From contig JBCCZQ010000004.1 of assembly GCA_039187315.1 (NCBI GenBank), positions 10,675 to 74,674 of the forward strand: DNA of 64,000 nucleotides, in the 5' to 3' direction. The first letter of the stretch is position 1; each line of letters begins with the position of its first letter. Position numbers and translations under genes: made by a program. Positions 8,213-19,803 of the stretch are shown here, in pieces. A model generated the notes under the pieces. That model saw only the letters and a program-made list of their open reading frames with translations, made no database searches and had not been told where the DNA came from. Origin of the DNA: Planctomycetota bacterium (GTDB lineage: Bacteria > Planctomycetota > Phycisphaerae > Phycisphaerales > UBA1924).

Positions 8213-10927
8213 CTACTCCTCGCCGAGGGCGGCCTTCTCGCTTGGCTTGAGCTTGCGCCGGCTCCCGGCGTAGAGCGTGCGCGGCTTCTTCTTTGCAGGC
8301 GTTTGCTCGCCTTTGGCTTCCGCGGGTTTCGGTTCGACGGCTGTTGTGGCCGATGCGGCCTCTGCGTCGGAAGTGGAGCGTCCGCCGCGTCGGCGCCGTC
8401 GGCGCTTCTTTTTGGTCGTCATGGCGCCATCGTCGGTTTCGCTCTTGGACGCGTCGCCGGCGGGCTCGTCTTGCGAGGCATCGGCCGGTTCGGTTGCTCC
8501 GGTTTCGGTGCCCGCTTCACCACCAGCATCGGCGTCCTCGCCCGAGCCGCGGCGTCGCCTTCGCCGACGCCGACGCTTCTTTTTCCCGCCGGCCTCGTCT
8601 CGGGATTCATCTTCAGCGCTCTCGCCGGTCGGTTCGGCTTCCTCGTCGTTCGTGGTCGACTCGGTGGCGGTGCCTTCGGTGGCCTCATCGCTGTCGATCT
8701 TCTTCTTGCGGCGGCGGCGGCGCTTCTTCTTGCCCGAGGTGTCGGCGGGCTCGTCGTCTGTGTCGGCGGCGAGTTGTTCGATCGGGTGCGACTGCTCGTC
8801 CTCCTGGATCGCCTCGAGCATCGACTTTTCATCGTCGGCGAAGGCCGACTCGTCGTGTTCGACGTCCCAGGTCGGCAGGCTCTTGGGCGGCTTGGGCTTG
8901 GGCAGGCGGTCGGTGGCGACGTCGTTGCCGACTTCGTCGTAGGCGTAGATCATGAATCGGTCGGTGCCGAGCGAGTCGCCGATGCGCACGTCGATGTGCT
9001 TTTCGGTGGCGATCTCGAGGCGGGTGAGCGCCTTGCGGCGTGTGCTGAGCAGGTTCCCGGCGACTCGGGCCGGGACGATCAGCTCGGCCTTTTTGACCTT
9101 GTCGTAGCTGAGGATCAGCCGGAGCTCGCGCATGGCTTCTGCAGCGACGGAATCGGCCTTGCGGACCCAGCCGCGTCCGTAGGCAGCTGGGAGCTCCTGG
9201 AAGTGGGTCATGGTCGCGCTGGCGCGCATGCGCTGGCGGGTCAGCTCGAGGATGCCGAACTCGCTGATGGGCAGGATGGTGGTGTTGGCCCGGTCGTTCT
9301 TGAGGCAGTCCTTGAAGCGTTGCTCGACGGCCTTGCGGTGCTTGGCCTGGTTCATGTCGATCAGGTCGTTGATGACCAGCCCGCCCAGCTCGCGGAGCTT
9401 CATCTGGCGGCAGATTTCATCGACGGCTTCGAGGTTGGTCTGGTAGGCGTTGGTCTCGGCGTCCTTGGCCTTGCGGCTCTTGCCGCTGTTCACATCGATG
9501 GCAACGAGCGCCTCGGTCTCGTCGATGACGAGCCTCCCGCCGGACGGCAGTGGGACCTCGCGGCTGTGCAGGAGCTTGACCTGGTCCTCGAGTCCGTAGG
9601 CGTGGAACATCGGCTGTGGCAGGTTGTAGTGCTTGAGCGTGGTGCCGGAGCGCGGCGCGACGACCTTGAGGAAATTCGCGGCCCGGGCGAGTCCCTGCTC
9701 GCTGTCGATGACGATCTCCTGGATCTCCTTGGAGAGCAGGTCGCGGAGCGCTCGCACGAGCAGGTCGCTCTCGGCGTACAGCAGCGCCGGGCGGCTGATC
9801 TGCTTCTGACGCTTCTCGATGTTCTTCCAGAGCCGCTGGAGATAGGCGAGGTCGCGCTTGAGCTCGGTTTTGGTCTTGTCGAAGCCGGCGGTCCGGAGGA
9901 TGAAGCCGAAGCCTTCGGGGAGGTCGAGCTGGTCGAGGATCTTGCGCATCTTCTTGCGCATGTCTTCATCGTCGACCTTGCGGCTCACGCCGACGTTGTC
10001 CATGTGGGGCATCATCACGAGGTAGCGGCCGGGTATGGACAGGTAGCTCGTGCAGGCCGGCCCCTTGGTGCCCACGCCGTCCTTGAGGATCTGGACGATG
10101 ATCTTCTGGCCGCGCTTCAGGCAGCGCTGGATGGGCGGGCGTTCGCGGCGTGGGGTCTTTTTGCCGATTTTTTCCGTGGTTTCGCCGTCTTCGCTCGGGA
10201 AGTAGCGAGGGTGGAGGTCGGAGGTGTGCAGGAAGGCGTTCTCGCCCCCGCCGAAGTCGACGAATGCGGCCTGCAGGTTGCTCTCGACGTTGGTGACCTT
10301 GGCGAGGTACAGGTTGCCGACGCGGTTGGCCGTCGCCGGGCGCTCGGCGTGGTACTCACCGAGCACGCCGCTCTGCTTCGGGTAGTCCTCAAGGATCGCG
10401 ACCCGACATTCCTCGCCCGGGACGTAGTTGATCAGCATGCGTTTGCTGATCGGGTCGGCGTGCGTGGCCTTGGTGGCTGTCTTGGATTCGGCTTGGGCTT
10501 CTGGCTTGGTTTCGGACTTGGTTTCGGGCTTGGTTTCCGATTTGGGCTTGCGCTCGGGCTTCTTCTTGGTCGTCGAGCGCCGGGTTTTCTTGGCGGGCTC
10601 GGCGGAGCTTCCGTCGGATGACTCGGAGGATGCGCCCGTTCCTTCGAGATCCTCGGGTGGATCATCGGACTCGGGCGGGTCGCTGTGGTCAGCGTTGCTA
10701 TCGGTGCTGACATTGGTGGCACCGATCGAGCTGTCTTCTGGGCCATCTTCTTGGCCATCTTCTGGGCTGGCTTTTGTATCGGTCGGTGCTTCTGCGCCGT
10801 CGGCCTGCGATTCGGGCAGGTCTTGGCTTTGGTTGTCGGCTTGGGACTCGGCCTGCGTTTCGGTCGTGGTATCAGGCTCGGGGTTGCTGGCGTTGTCTGT
10901 GTCGCTGCTGCGTGTGCTGGCCGTCAT
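8213..10927 (-). CDS. rne: Ribonuclease E/G family endoribonuclease with long disordered N- and C-terminal extensions
   Basis: The S1 domain (GNLYLAKVTNVESNLQAAFVDFGGGENAFLH) is followed by the catalytic core (ALVAIDVNSGK, GGLVINDLIDM). The tails are rich in K/E/T/S and R/K/E, as in degradosome scaffolds. Confidence 0.9.
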   Translation of the reverse strand: MTASTRSSDTDNASNPEPDTTTETQAESQADNQSQDLPESQADGAEAPTDTKASPEDGQEDGPEDSSIGATNVSTDSNADHSDPPESDDPPEDLEGTGASSESSDGSSAEPAKKTRRSTTKKKPERKPKSETKPETKSETKPEAQAESKTATKATHADPISKRMLINYVPGEECRVAILEDYPKQSGVLGEYHAERPATANRVGNLYLAKVTNVESNLQAAFVDFGGGENAFLHTSDLHPRYFPSEDGETTEKIGKKTPRRERPPIQRCLKRGQKIIVQILKDGVGTKGPACTSYLSIPGRYLVMMPHMDNVGVSRKVDDEDMRKKMRKILDQLDLPEGFGFILRTAGFDKTKTELKRDLAYLQRLWKNIEKRQKQISRPALLYAESDLLVRALRDLLSKEIQEIVIDSEQGLARAANFLKVVAPRSGTTLKHYNLPQPMFHAYGLEDQVKLLHSREVPLPSGGRLVIDETEALVAIDVNSGKSRKAKDAETNAYQTNLEAVDEICRQMKLRELGGLVINDLIDMNQAKHRKAVEQRFKDCLKNDRANTTILPISEFGILELTRQRMRASATMTHFQELPAAYGRGWVRKADSVAAEAMRELRLILSYDKVKKAELIVPARVAGNLLSTRRKALTRLEIATEKHIDVRIGDSLGTDRFMIYAYDEVGNDVATDRLPKPKPPKSLPTWDVEHDESAFADDEKSMLEAIQEDEQSHPIEQLAADTDDEPADTSGKKKRRRRRKKKIDSDEATEGTATESTTNDEEAEPTGESAEDESRDEAGGKKKRRRRRRRRRGSGEDADAGGEAGTETGATEPADASQDEPAGDASKSETDDGAMTTKKKRRRRRRGGRSTSDAEAASATTAVEPKPAEAKGEQTPAKKKPRTLYAGSRRKLKPSEKAALGEE

Positions 10928-11348
10928 GGCTGGCCCTTCGTGCTGCGGCGGCGTGGCGTGGCCTCATGGCCTCGTCTTGGTGGCGTCTGCGGCAGCCGCG
11001 CCCTGGTACCGCGGCGCGGAGATGGCGCCGCCGGCATCGGGCGTGTGTCGAATGGCAAGGCGTGTCGGAGTGCGCAGGCACCTCGGTCGGCTCTCGTCGT
11101 TCGGGCCGCAGGCGTCGGATCGCGTTGTGCTCCGTCCGTTCCGGGCCTCCGGGCCGGTCGTCGTTTCCGCGGTGGCGCGGGCGGCGCGGCTCGGGGCCTT
11201 CGGCGGTCGGGGCGGCGATCATCGCTCGCCTGGGTGGGGTCGTCGGTCGTTTGGCTCGATCGGGCGGGCCTCCGGGGCCACCCGATTTCCGTCGTTTGTT
11301 CGCTGGGCGGGCCGGATTGCTCAAGCCCGCTCGTTGGTGCTGGCGGCC

Positions 11349-13103
11349 CTAGCTGCCGCCCTGGTGGGTTTGCTGGGGCAGGATGCTTCGCAGCCTGTCC
11401 CGTACATACATCGTCACATCGCTGTCGGAATCGAAGGAAATCGCTTTCTTCGCGATCCGTTCGCACTGGGGGATCGTCAGGCTGCGGATGAGCTGCTTGA
11501 CCCCCGGTGCCGCAGAAGGCGACACGCTGAGGGTACGCACGCCCAGACCGAGCAGCAAGACGACGAACGGGCTCTGTCCGGCGGCCTCTCCGCAGCAGGA
11601 GACCGGCACATCCCGCCTTCTGCCGGCACGGACGACGTCGCGGACGAGCTTGAGCACGGCCGGGTGTCCTGGGTTGAACAGCGAGGCGACCTGCTCGTTG
11701 GTCCGATCGACCGCCAGGGTGTACTGCACCAGGTCGTTGGTCCCGATGGAGAAGAAGTCGACCTCGCGGGCGAGGGAGGCGGCCTGGAGCGCCGCCGAGG
11801 GCACCTCGACCATCATGCCGACCTCGACCGACCGGTCGAACGCGACGCCCTCCTCATCGAGGTCCTCCATCACGTCGTGGAGAAGGTGCTTGGCCTGGCG
11901 CAGCTCGTCGACGTTGGAGATCAGCGGGAACATCATCCGGACCGTCCCGAGGGCCGAGGCCCGGAGGATCGCGCGGAGCTGCTTGCGGAACATGGGCAGG
12001 TTGGCCAGGCAGTAGCGGATCGATCGCAGCCCGAGCGCCGGATTCCGCTCGGGATCGAGCGCCTGAGCCTGGGTGTACTTGTCGGCGCCAAGGTCCATGG
12101 TGCGGATCGTCAGCGGCCGGCCGTCGAGCCTGCGGATGCAGTCGGCGTAGGACTCGAGCTGCTGGTCCTCGCCGGGCTCGCGTTCCTGGGCGAGGTAGAG
12201 GAACTCGGTCCGGTAGAGGCCGATGCCCGAGGCGCCGTAGGTCAGCGCCTGATCGACCTCTTCGGGGAACTCGATGTTGCCCAGGACCTCGATCTCGGTG
12301 CCGTCGCGGGTGACGGGCTCGAGCACGGCCGCCTCGCGGAGGCTGAGCTGGTGCAGGTCACGCCGCTCGCGGTCGGAGAGGAAGGCGTCGATGGTATCGT
12401 CGTCGGGCTCGACGACGACGACACCCCGCTCGCCATCGATCGCGATGGTCATGCCGTCCTCGATCTCGCCGCTCAGCCCGCGGAGGCCGACGACGGCGGG
12501 GATGCCCAGCGCCCGCGCGACGATCGAGGTGTGGCTGGTGTGCCCGCCCAGGTCGGTCGCCATCGCGACGATGCGGTTTCGGTCGAAGGCAACGGTCTGG
12601 CTGGGTGTCAGCTCGTGGGCAATCACGATCGCCTCGTGGTCGAGCCGCTCGAGGCCGCTGGTGTGCTCACCGATGAGCTGGTCGAGCAGCCTTCGTGCAA
12701 GGTCGGTGATGTCGTTGACCTTGGTGGTGAAGGCCGAGTCACCCATGCCGCTGAACTTCTGGGCCAGCTCATCGAGGACCCGGTCGACGGCGTGCTCGGC
12801 CGTGACGCGTTCCTGCTCGATCAGTTCTCGCATGGGCCGGAGCAGGTTCTGATCGCGGAGCATGCCGATGTGGAACCCGAAGATCTTGGCCGCGTCTTCG
12901 CCCATCTGGTCGGCGGCGGTCACGCGGACCCGCTCGAGATCGGCGACCGAGGCCTCAACGGCGCGGTCGAGCCGCTCGAGCTGGCGCCCGGTCTCGGCGG
13001 CGGGCACGTGTCGGCGGGGGATCCGGCGCAGGCCGTCGTCGAGCACGAAGACCCGACCGACCACGATCCCCGGTGAGACGCCGATGCCGTGGTACCGCCG
13101 CAC
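11349..13103 (-). CDS. ptsI: Phosphoenolpyruvate-protein phosphotransferase (PTS Enzyme I)
   Basis: The N-terminus GIGVSPGIVVGRVFVL, the phosphohistidine region GGHTSHTSIVARALGIPAVVG, the PEP-binding blocks GLYRTEFLY and IRTMDLGADK, and FFSIGTNDLVQYTLAVDR are all present. Confidence 0.92.
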   Translation of the reverse strand: MRRYHGIGVSPGIVVGRVFVLDDGLRRIPRRHVPAAETGRQLERLDRAVEASVADLERVRVTAADQMGEDAAKIFGFHIGMLRDQNLLRPMRELIEQERVTAEHAVDRVLDELAQKFSGMGDSAFTTKVNDITDLARRLLDQLIGEHTSGLERLDHEAIVIAHELTPSQTVAFDRNRIVAMATDLGGHTSHTSIVARALGIPAVVGLRGLSGEIEDGMTIAIDGERGVVVVEPDDDTIDAFLSDRERRDLHQLSLREAAVLEPVTRDGTEIEVLGNIEFPEEVDQALTYGASGIGLYRTEFLYLAQEREPGEDQQLESYADCIRRLDGRPLTIRTMDLGADKYTQAQALDPERNPALGLRSIRYCLANLPMFRKQLRAILRASALGTVRMMFPLISNVDELRQAKHLLHDVMEDLDEEGVAFDRSVEVGMMVEVPSAALQAASLAREVDFFSIGTNDLVQYTLAVDRTNEQVASLFNPGHPAVLKLVRDVVRAGRRRDVPVSCCGEAAGQSPFVVLLLGLGVRTLSVSPSAAPGVKQLIRSLTIPQCERIAKKAISFDSDSDVTMYVRDRLRSILPQQTHQGGS

Positions 13104-13590
13104 GCTGACCTTTCGCTGAGCGGCCTGCCCCGGCCGCGAATACCCTAAACTGACACGCGGTACCGTGCCTGACAGCTACCCAGGAGGGTTTAACCCATCC
13201 AAAACCCGCCCGAATGGCAGGTTCAAAGCACCGCGGTCCTCCGCATGAATCGTAGGTCAAAGCCGGGGGAGCCGCTTGACCCGCCTACCACGGGGGCCCG
13301 ATACTTCCTGTGACGGACGTCGGCGACTCCTGCCGACGACGCACCCCCGACAATCGGCGGACGGCCCGAGAGCGTCGACCGCGGCAAGGGTGTGCGACAG
13401 ACCGGCGCTCGCCGCACAAGGCGGGCGGCCCGACTGTGACACGACGGTGCAGCGCACGGACAGGCAGCCCCGCGGCCACGCGGCGCTCGTGGATAGCCGT
13501 GGCGCTGCAGCACGACTCGATCGAACCGCGCCGTTCGGATACCGGCGCGCCCGCTCGGCAGCAGGCCGGGCATCCATAGAGGGGCGGACC

Positions 13591-14649
<1,059 letters not shown>

Positions 14650-14656
14650 AGCGGGA

Positions 14657-15895
14657 TCAGAACTCCGGCTCAAACACATCGACCCCGCCCGGGTAGCGGG
14701 TGTTGAGGTCGAACGCCTCGATCCAGCCCGTGTGGTCGTCGCGGAGCTTGCCGCACTCGTCGGCGATCCTGATGAACGCCATCCGCCATGCATCGGAGTC
14801 GCCGAAGGCCTCATCGAAGTAGGCGACCAGCTCGGCTTCGCGCTCGCCGCCGTCGTTGGCGTGCAGGGCGGCGATCACGGGCGGGCGGAGGTGCCAGACC
14901 AGCGAGCTCGGATCATCGGCGGGGTTCTCTTCGTCTGGGGCGAACCGCTGCATCATCCTGATGAACTGCATGCCGTCGCGGGCCTGAACGACCGGATCGG
15001 GGATCGCCAGCGCGACCACATCCCAGCGGCCGGCGGTCATCGCCTGCTCGGTGATGTCGCGCGCGTAGCGGGCGAGCGTGCCGACTGATTCCGGCCGCTC
15101 GGCGATCCGCTCGACCCACGCAATCGTTGACTGCTGATCGCCGATGATGTTGTTCAGGTGGACCCAGTCGGTCAGCGTGTCCCATTCGACGTCGCCGGCC
15201 TTGAGGCGTGTGGCCTCACGGTCGCGGACCGCTCGGAAGGCGTCGCGTGCGGGCTCGTGTGCGGCGGCGAGCTGCTGCATCTCGCCGGCCATGAACGAGA
15301 GCCGCACGCCGTAGTACGACTCCTGCTCGTCGAGCATGGTCTCCCAGAGGTCGAGGTAGGCCTCCGTCGCTCGGTCGTAGTCGCCCGCGGCGAACATCTC
15401 CTGCGCTGCATCGAGCTTCGGCCGGACGGTGTCTTCGCCGCCGCCATCGTCGAAGCTCATCCGCGCCGGCTCGGGCATCGGCTCGCCGGTGCGCCCGGCT
15501 TCCATCCATGTCACGAGGTCGCCGGCCGAGCGGTAGCCGGTCGCCCGGCCGAGCTCCTCGTTGCCCTCGAACAGGATCATCGTCGGCATCGCGCGCACGC
15601 CGAGCTCGCCGGCCTTGTCGCGGAAGTCGTCTACATCGAGGGAGGTCGCGATCGCGTGCTCGCCGATCCAGGAAACGACGCTGGCATCGACCCAGGTGGT
15701 CTTCTTCATCTGCTGGCAGGGCGGGCACCAGACGGCGGTGGCGTAGACCAGGTGCAGACGGTCCTGCCCGATGGCCGCCGCGCGATCGGCGTCGAAGCCG
15801 GCCCGCGAGAACACGGGCGGCGGATCGGCGAGCGATGGCGCTGTAGTCAGCGCTGCGGCAAGGGCGGTCGCGGCGAGCAGCGGCATGGCGTGCAT
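14657..15895 (-). CDS. Secreted thioredoxin-fold protein with helical C-terminal domain (paralog A)
   Basis: It has a signal peptide (MPLLAATALAAALTTAPSLA) and a thioredoxin active site WCPPCQ inside HLVYATAVWCPPCQQMKKTTWVD...MPTMILF. A C-terminal domain of about 270 aa follows. Confidence 0.75.
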   Translation of the reverse strand: MHAMPLLAATALAAALTTAPSLADPPPVFSRAGFDADRAAAIGQDRLHLVYATAVWCPPCQQMKKTTWVDASVVSWIGEHAIATSLDVDDFRDKAGELGVRAMPTMILFEGNEELGRATGYRSAGDLVTWMEAGRTGEPMPEPARMSFDDGGGEDTVRPKLDAAQEMFAAGDYDRATEAYLDLWETMLDEQESYYGVRLSFMAGEMQQLAAAHEPARDAFRAVRDREATRLKAGDVEWDTLTDWVHLNNIIGDQQSTIAWVERIAERPESVGTLARYARDITEQAMTAGRWDVVALAIPDPVVQARDGMQFIRMMQRFAPDEENPADDPSSLVWHLRPPVIAALHANDGGEREAELVAYFDEAFGDSDAWRMAFIRIADECGKLRDDHTGWIEAFDLNTRYPGGVDVFEPEF

Positions 15896-15994
15896 GGTCG
15901 TCTCCGATCGGTGAGGGGGGACGCGTGGCCTACATCACCGACAGTCTACGAACATCCGCGTTGCGTTGAAAGCACGACCGGACGCATCGCGCGT

Positions 15995-17242
15995 CTATTC
16001 GACTAGGAACACATCCAGGCCTACGGGGTCCCGATCGGTTGCCTCTGCGGCCTGGGCCAGCGCGGCTCGTGCCTCGGGCGATGGGTCCAGGGCGTGTGTC
16101 GTTTCGGCTACCGCCTGCGCAGCCGGCGTGTCGTTAGTTGACAAGGCTGCGCCGTAGGCCGCGGCGAGGCGGGCCCGGCGGATACCGGCCTCGGCGTCCG
16201 TTGTCGCTGGGAAACGGCGGGCGCTCTGCGCGAGGCTGTCGGCGTAGCGCGATGGACTGATGAGCTGCGCGAGCAGGTCGTAGCGGCCCTGTTCACCGAG
16301 CATGCTGACGAATGATCCAGAGGCGGTCCGCAGCGCGGGCGTTGGGGCCCGTTCGGCGAGAAGCGCCGCGAGCGCATCGGCCATGGTGTCGTCACCGCCG
16401 GTGGCGGAGCACAGCAGCGCCCACTTCTGGAGCGAACGCGCATCGACCGCGGCGAGCGCCCGCGTGATCGCGTCCCGCTGGGACGTCAAGCGCTCCGCGG
16501 TGTGCGGATGCGCCTCGGCGACCTCGCGCATCGCGGGTGCGAGGAACTCGATGCGGGCATCGTCCTTGCGTCGGACCATGCGCCGCTCGTTCTCGAAGAG
16601 CCACATGAGGCCCTCGGCGGCCATCGCGTGCGCACCCTCGGCGCTCAGGGCGCGCAGGGCTTGGATCTCAACCTCAAGATCGAGGTAAGTCTCCATCGCC
16701 GCGGCCCGCGCGGCTAGCTGCGGGCGTATCGGCCGGCTCGGGTCCAGCGCGGCGGTTCCCGAATCGGCCGACTCTTCCACAACCGCCTCGTCCGCGGGCG
16801 CTCCAGCCGGCACGTCCTCGGCTTCTTCGGATGGGGCTGGCATCGCGGGCGCAGAGGCCTCGAGCCAGCTCGCCAGCTGGTCAGCGCTGCGGTAGCCGAC
16901 GGCGCGCGAGAGCTCCCGCTCGCCCGCGAACAGGATCATGGTGGGCATCGCGCGGACCCGCAGTTCCGCCGACTTGGACGGGAACGCGTCCACATCCAGC
17001 GGCGTGACGACCGCGCGGCTCTCGAGCCACGACACCACGGTGTCATCGACCCAGGTTGTTTTCTTCATCTGCTGGCAGGGCGGGCACCAAGAAGCCGTGG
17101 CGTACACCAGGTGCAGCCGGTTGGACTCGGTGGCCGCGGCCCGGTCGGCCTCGAAGCCGGCCTGCGAGAACACCGGCGGCTCGCCGAGTGCTGCGGTGGT
17201 GATCAGGGCGGCGGATGAGATCGAGGTGAACCATGCGAGCAT
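15995..17242 (-). CDS. Secreted thioredoxin-fold protein with helical C-terminal domain (paralog B)
   Basis: The architecture matches the neighbouring gene: HLVYATASWCPPCQQMKKTTWVD...MPTMILF. The N-terminal 130 aa are near-identical to paralog A, and the C-terminal part has diverged. Confidence 0.75.
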   Translation of the reverse strand: MLAWFTSISSAALITTAALGEPPVFSQAGFEADRAAATESNRLHLVYATASWCPPCQQMKKTTWVDDTVVSWLESRAVVTPLDVDAFPSKSAELRVRAMPTMILFAGERELSRAVGYRSADQLASWLEASAPAMPAPSEEAEDVPAGAPADEAVVEESADSGTAALDPSRPIRPQLAARAAAMETYLDLEVEIQALRALSAEGAHAMAAEGLMWLFENERRMVRRKDDARIEFLAPAMREVAEAHPHTAERLTSQRDAITRALAAVDARSLQKWALLCSATGGDDTMADALAALLAERAPTPALRTASGSFVSMLGEQGRYDLLAQLISPSRYADSLAQSARRFPATTDAEAGIRRARLAAAYGAALSTNDTPAAQAVAETTHALDPSPEARAALAQAAEATDRDPVGLDVFLVE

Positions 17243-17287
17243 GAGCGCATCTCCAGAGCAGTGCGTTCGGTGGCGGGCAGTCTGATA

Positions 17288-19522
17288 TTAGAACCGGCAA
17301 CCTTCGAGGAAGTTGGTCACCCAAGCAAAGAAATCGGAGTCGCCGGTCAGGCTCGACGTGCCGAACTGCCCGTCGCCGTTCTGGTCGGAGGTGGGATCGT
17401 CAGCCAGATAGGCCGTGACCCAAGTGAAAAAGTCGCTGTCGCTGGCGACGCCGTCGCGGTTGACGTCCGCCAGGCAGGGTACCGGCACCTCGCGGTAGCG
17501 GATCGTGACCGTGGCCGTATCGGTCGTCGCGCCGTTGGTGATGCTGTAGACCAGCGTATCCGTACCGGACGCGTTCGCATCGGCGCGGAAGACGCGTACT
17601 GGCCCGTCGCCGCCGAGCAGCGTCGCCTGCGCCGGTTGTGTGACGATCTGATAGGTCGGCACGCTCGCGTCGTCGGCGAAGTCAGCGGGCAGCTCGACGA
17701 GGAACGCCTCGCCGGGTGCCGTCCGCTTGGTATAGCTGTAGGCCACGACCGGCGTGATGGTGGGCGTGGGTCGCGCGTTGCGCGCGTCGAAGAGCAGCGG
17801 CTCGCTGCGCGCGGTTGTGCCGTCCTGGAAATCGACCTCAGCCCAGACCCTGGCGGGCCCGCCGCCGATGATCTCGCCGCGCGTCACAAGCGGACCGCTC
17901 GGCCCTGCCGCGGCGATGACCCGCCCGAGGTGGACCACCCGCCGCTCGACCACCACACCGCCGAGCCCGTCAACCTCGAACGACACCGTCGATGTCCGAT
18001 CCGGGGACAGCGTGCTCGCGCTGACCGTCGCGGCCTTGCCTGCGTTGCTCAGCACGAACGAGCCGACCCACTCGCCGGTGACGGCCTGCGGCGAGTCGTC
18101 CGTCGCAACGATTCGCAGGTCGTGCCACCCGTCGTCCAGGTGGAGCGTCGGGATCAAAAGCGTCTCGCCGGCCGAGCCCTCGGCGACCACGACGCCATCG
18201 ACCAGGGCCGTGACCGTGCCGACCGATGTGCCCGGTCGGGTAGCCGCCACCGTTGGGTTGACGATCAGCTGGCCGCGCACCGGTGATGGCAGCGCCGTTT
18301 GCACGGAGACCGTTGGCCCTGACGCGAACGGGCGCGTCAGCGGATCGCCCATGAGGTACCCCTGGAACGGCACGGCCCGGAGGGACCGCAGCACCGCCTC
18401 GCCGAGCGTCAGCCCGTTGGCGTAGTGCACGTGCATGTACGCCGCCGGGAACTTGTCGGAGATCGCGCACGGCTCCTCGACCGTGCCGAAGCTGCCCGAA
18501 GCCCCCTGGCGGATCCATTCGCTGATCTTGGTCTGCTGGGACCGGTTGAAGTCCGCGCCGAAGCTGGTCAGGTGCTCGGCGAACGATCCGGCTGCCAGCG
18601 GCGTGACGTCGGATTCGAACGACAGGACATCATCCCCGGTCATCACGCCGAGCGCTTCGCCCGTCGCGTTGGTCGGAAGCGTCTGCCCGGCGACGACCTC
18701 TGCCGAGAAGCCGGCGTTGCCGATCCGCGTCGCGGCGGTATCGAACAGCCCCTGGCGGGGGCCGGACCGTGCCGAGTCCGTCGTGCGCATGAAGTAGAAC
18801 GCATCGGATGCCGTGCCGGGGCCGGCAGCGAGCGAGCGGTCGATCATGGTGATCGTGTTGCTCGCGCTCACACCGCGCACGCCCGTGTACGCGAGTGAGG
18901 CGCCGATAAACAGGTTGCCCGCCAGGGCGCCGCCCCCGGGCTGGCCGACCTCGTAGGTCTCTTCGGCGTCGAAGGCGACCGAGCTGTCCGCGGCCGTGTA
19001 GTAGCCGTTGCGCAGGAGCGAGCTGAGAGTCGTCGTGCGCAGGCTGTCGGCGAACTTGGCGAACGTGTACGCGCCCGGCAGGCTGATCGTCGACTGCGCC
19101 ACCGGGCACGGATCGTTCAACAGACCGGGTGCGGGCACCTCGTAGCCCGTCCCGGGCCCGAGCAGGATGTAGTCCACGCTCGGTGTCAGGCGTCGGTTGA
19201 CCAACTCGCCGAACATCCCCGCCTGTTTCACGTCGATCAGTTCATCGAGATCCGCAGCCCCGGGATCGATCCAGAGCACGTTTGCCGGCGGCAGGTTGCG
19301 CGCGTGCGCGTAAACGTTGGTCAGCCGGAGCCCGATCGGGTCGGTCGGGTTGGTTAGCATCAGGACCTCGTGGCCCTGCGAGGATGCAGCGCCTGCTGGG
19401 AACAGCCCAGCCAGAAACGCCGGCAGCCAGGCCCTCAAGCAAACCCGGCGGCTGCGAATCGTTGTTCCACGTCCCATCATGCGGCTCCCAAGCACGCGCA
19501 ACCCAACCCCAGCGGATCGCAC
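17288..19522 (-). CDS. Large secreted protein ending in a Cys-flanked double dockerin-like module (possibly TIGR03790-like N-domain)
   Basis: An N-terminal Arg-rich signal region is present. The C-terminus is CLADVNRDGVASDSDFFTWVTAYL...DQNGDG...GDSDFFAWVTNFLEGC, i.e. two Ca-binding DxNxDG loops each followed by DFFAWVT. The central GSFGTVEEPC block recalls the TIGR03790 family, but that recollection is weak. Confidence 0.7.
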   Translation of the reverse strand: MRSAGVGLRVLGSRMMGRGTTIRSRRVCLRAWLPAFLAGLFPAGAASSQGHEVLMLTNPTDPIGLRLTNVYAHARNLPPANVLWIDPGAADLDELIDVKQAGMFGELVNRRLTPSVDYILLGPGTGYEVPAPGLLNDPCPVAQSTISLPGAYTFAKFADSLRTTTLSSLLRNGYYTAADSSVAFDAEETYEVGQPGGGALAGNLFIGASLAYTGVRGVSASNTITMIDRSLAAGPGTASDAFYFMRTTDSARSGPRQGLFDTAATRIGNAGFSAEVVAGQTLPTNATGEALGVMTGDDVLSFESDVTPLAAGSFAEHLTSFGADFNRSQQTKISEWIRQGASGSFGTVEEPCAISDKFPAAYMHVHYANGLTLGEAVLRSLRAVPFQGYLMGDPLTRPFASGPTVSVQTALPSPVRGQLIVNPTVAATRPGTSVGTVTALVDGVVVAEGSAGETLLIPTLHLDDGWHDLRIVATDDSPQAVTGEWVGSFVLSNAGKAATVSASTLSPDRTSTVSFEVDGLGGVVVERRVVHLGRVIAAAGPSGPLVTRGEIIGGGPARVWAEVDFQDGTTARSEPLLFDARNARPTPTITPVVAYSYTKRTAPGEAFLVELPADFADDASVPTYQIVTQPAQATLLGGDGPVRVFRADANASGTDTLVYSITNGATTDTATVTIRYREVPVPCLADVNRDGVASDSDFFTWVTAYLADDPTSDQNGDGQFGTSSLTGDSDFFAWVTNFLEGCRF

Positions 19523-19803
19523 GATCTGCCTTCACACTCTGCCACACCACGCTCCGAACGCAAGCGCCGATCTGCTGGATTCTGAGCAAGGTCGGCGGCA
19601 CGAAACGGCATGGATCCGACGCAAGAGGATGTGTTTGTATCGTGATCGGAAACTCCCAATGTTGACAACGCCACGAAACCACGTCACGCTCGGTCCGTAG
19701 GGCCCAGAGCCCGGAAGCGTGGCATCGACCGCGCGGTCTTTCCGGACAGAGCCACCCGTATTTCGCCACCGCGATTCACATCACGAAGAAGAGAGGCCAT
19801 CCC

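Noticed and set aside
7901-10621. 906-aa + strand ORF
   Set aside because: It lies entirely antisense to dxr and rne. Its composition is dominated by G/A/L/R/V runs with no motifs. This is a typical shadow ORF of high-GC DNA, and the opposite strand has unambiguous RNase E homology.
10428-13076. 882-aa + strand ORF
   Set aside because: It is antisense to the rne 5' end and to ptsI. Its low-complexity Arg/Gly/Ala content and lack of motifs contrast with ptsI on the minus strand, which is certain.
13276-13590. In-frame N-terminal extension of rho in the ORF track
   Set aside because: The translation (TRLPRGPDTSCDGRRRLLPTTHPRQSADGPRAS...) looks non-coding and contains none of the Rho N-terminal domain motifs. 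I treated it as 5' leader.
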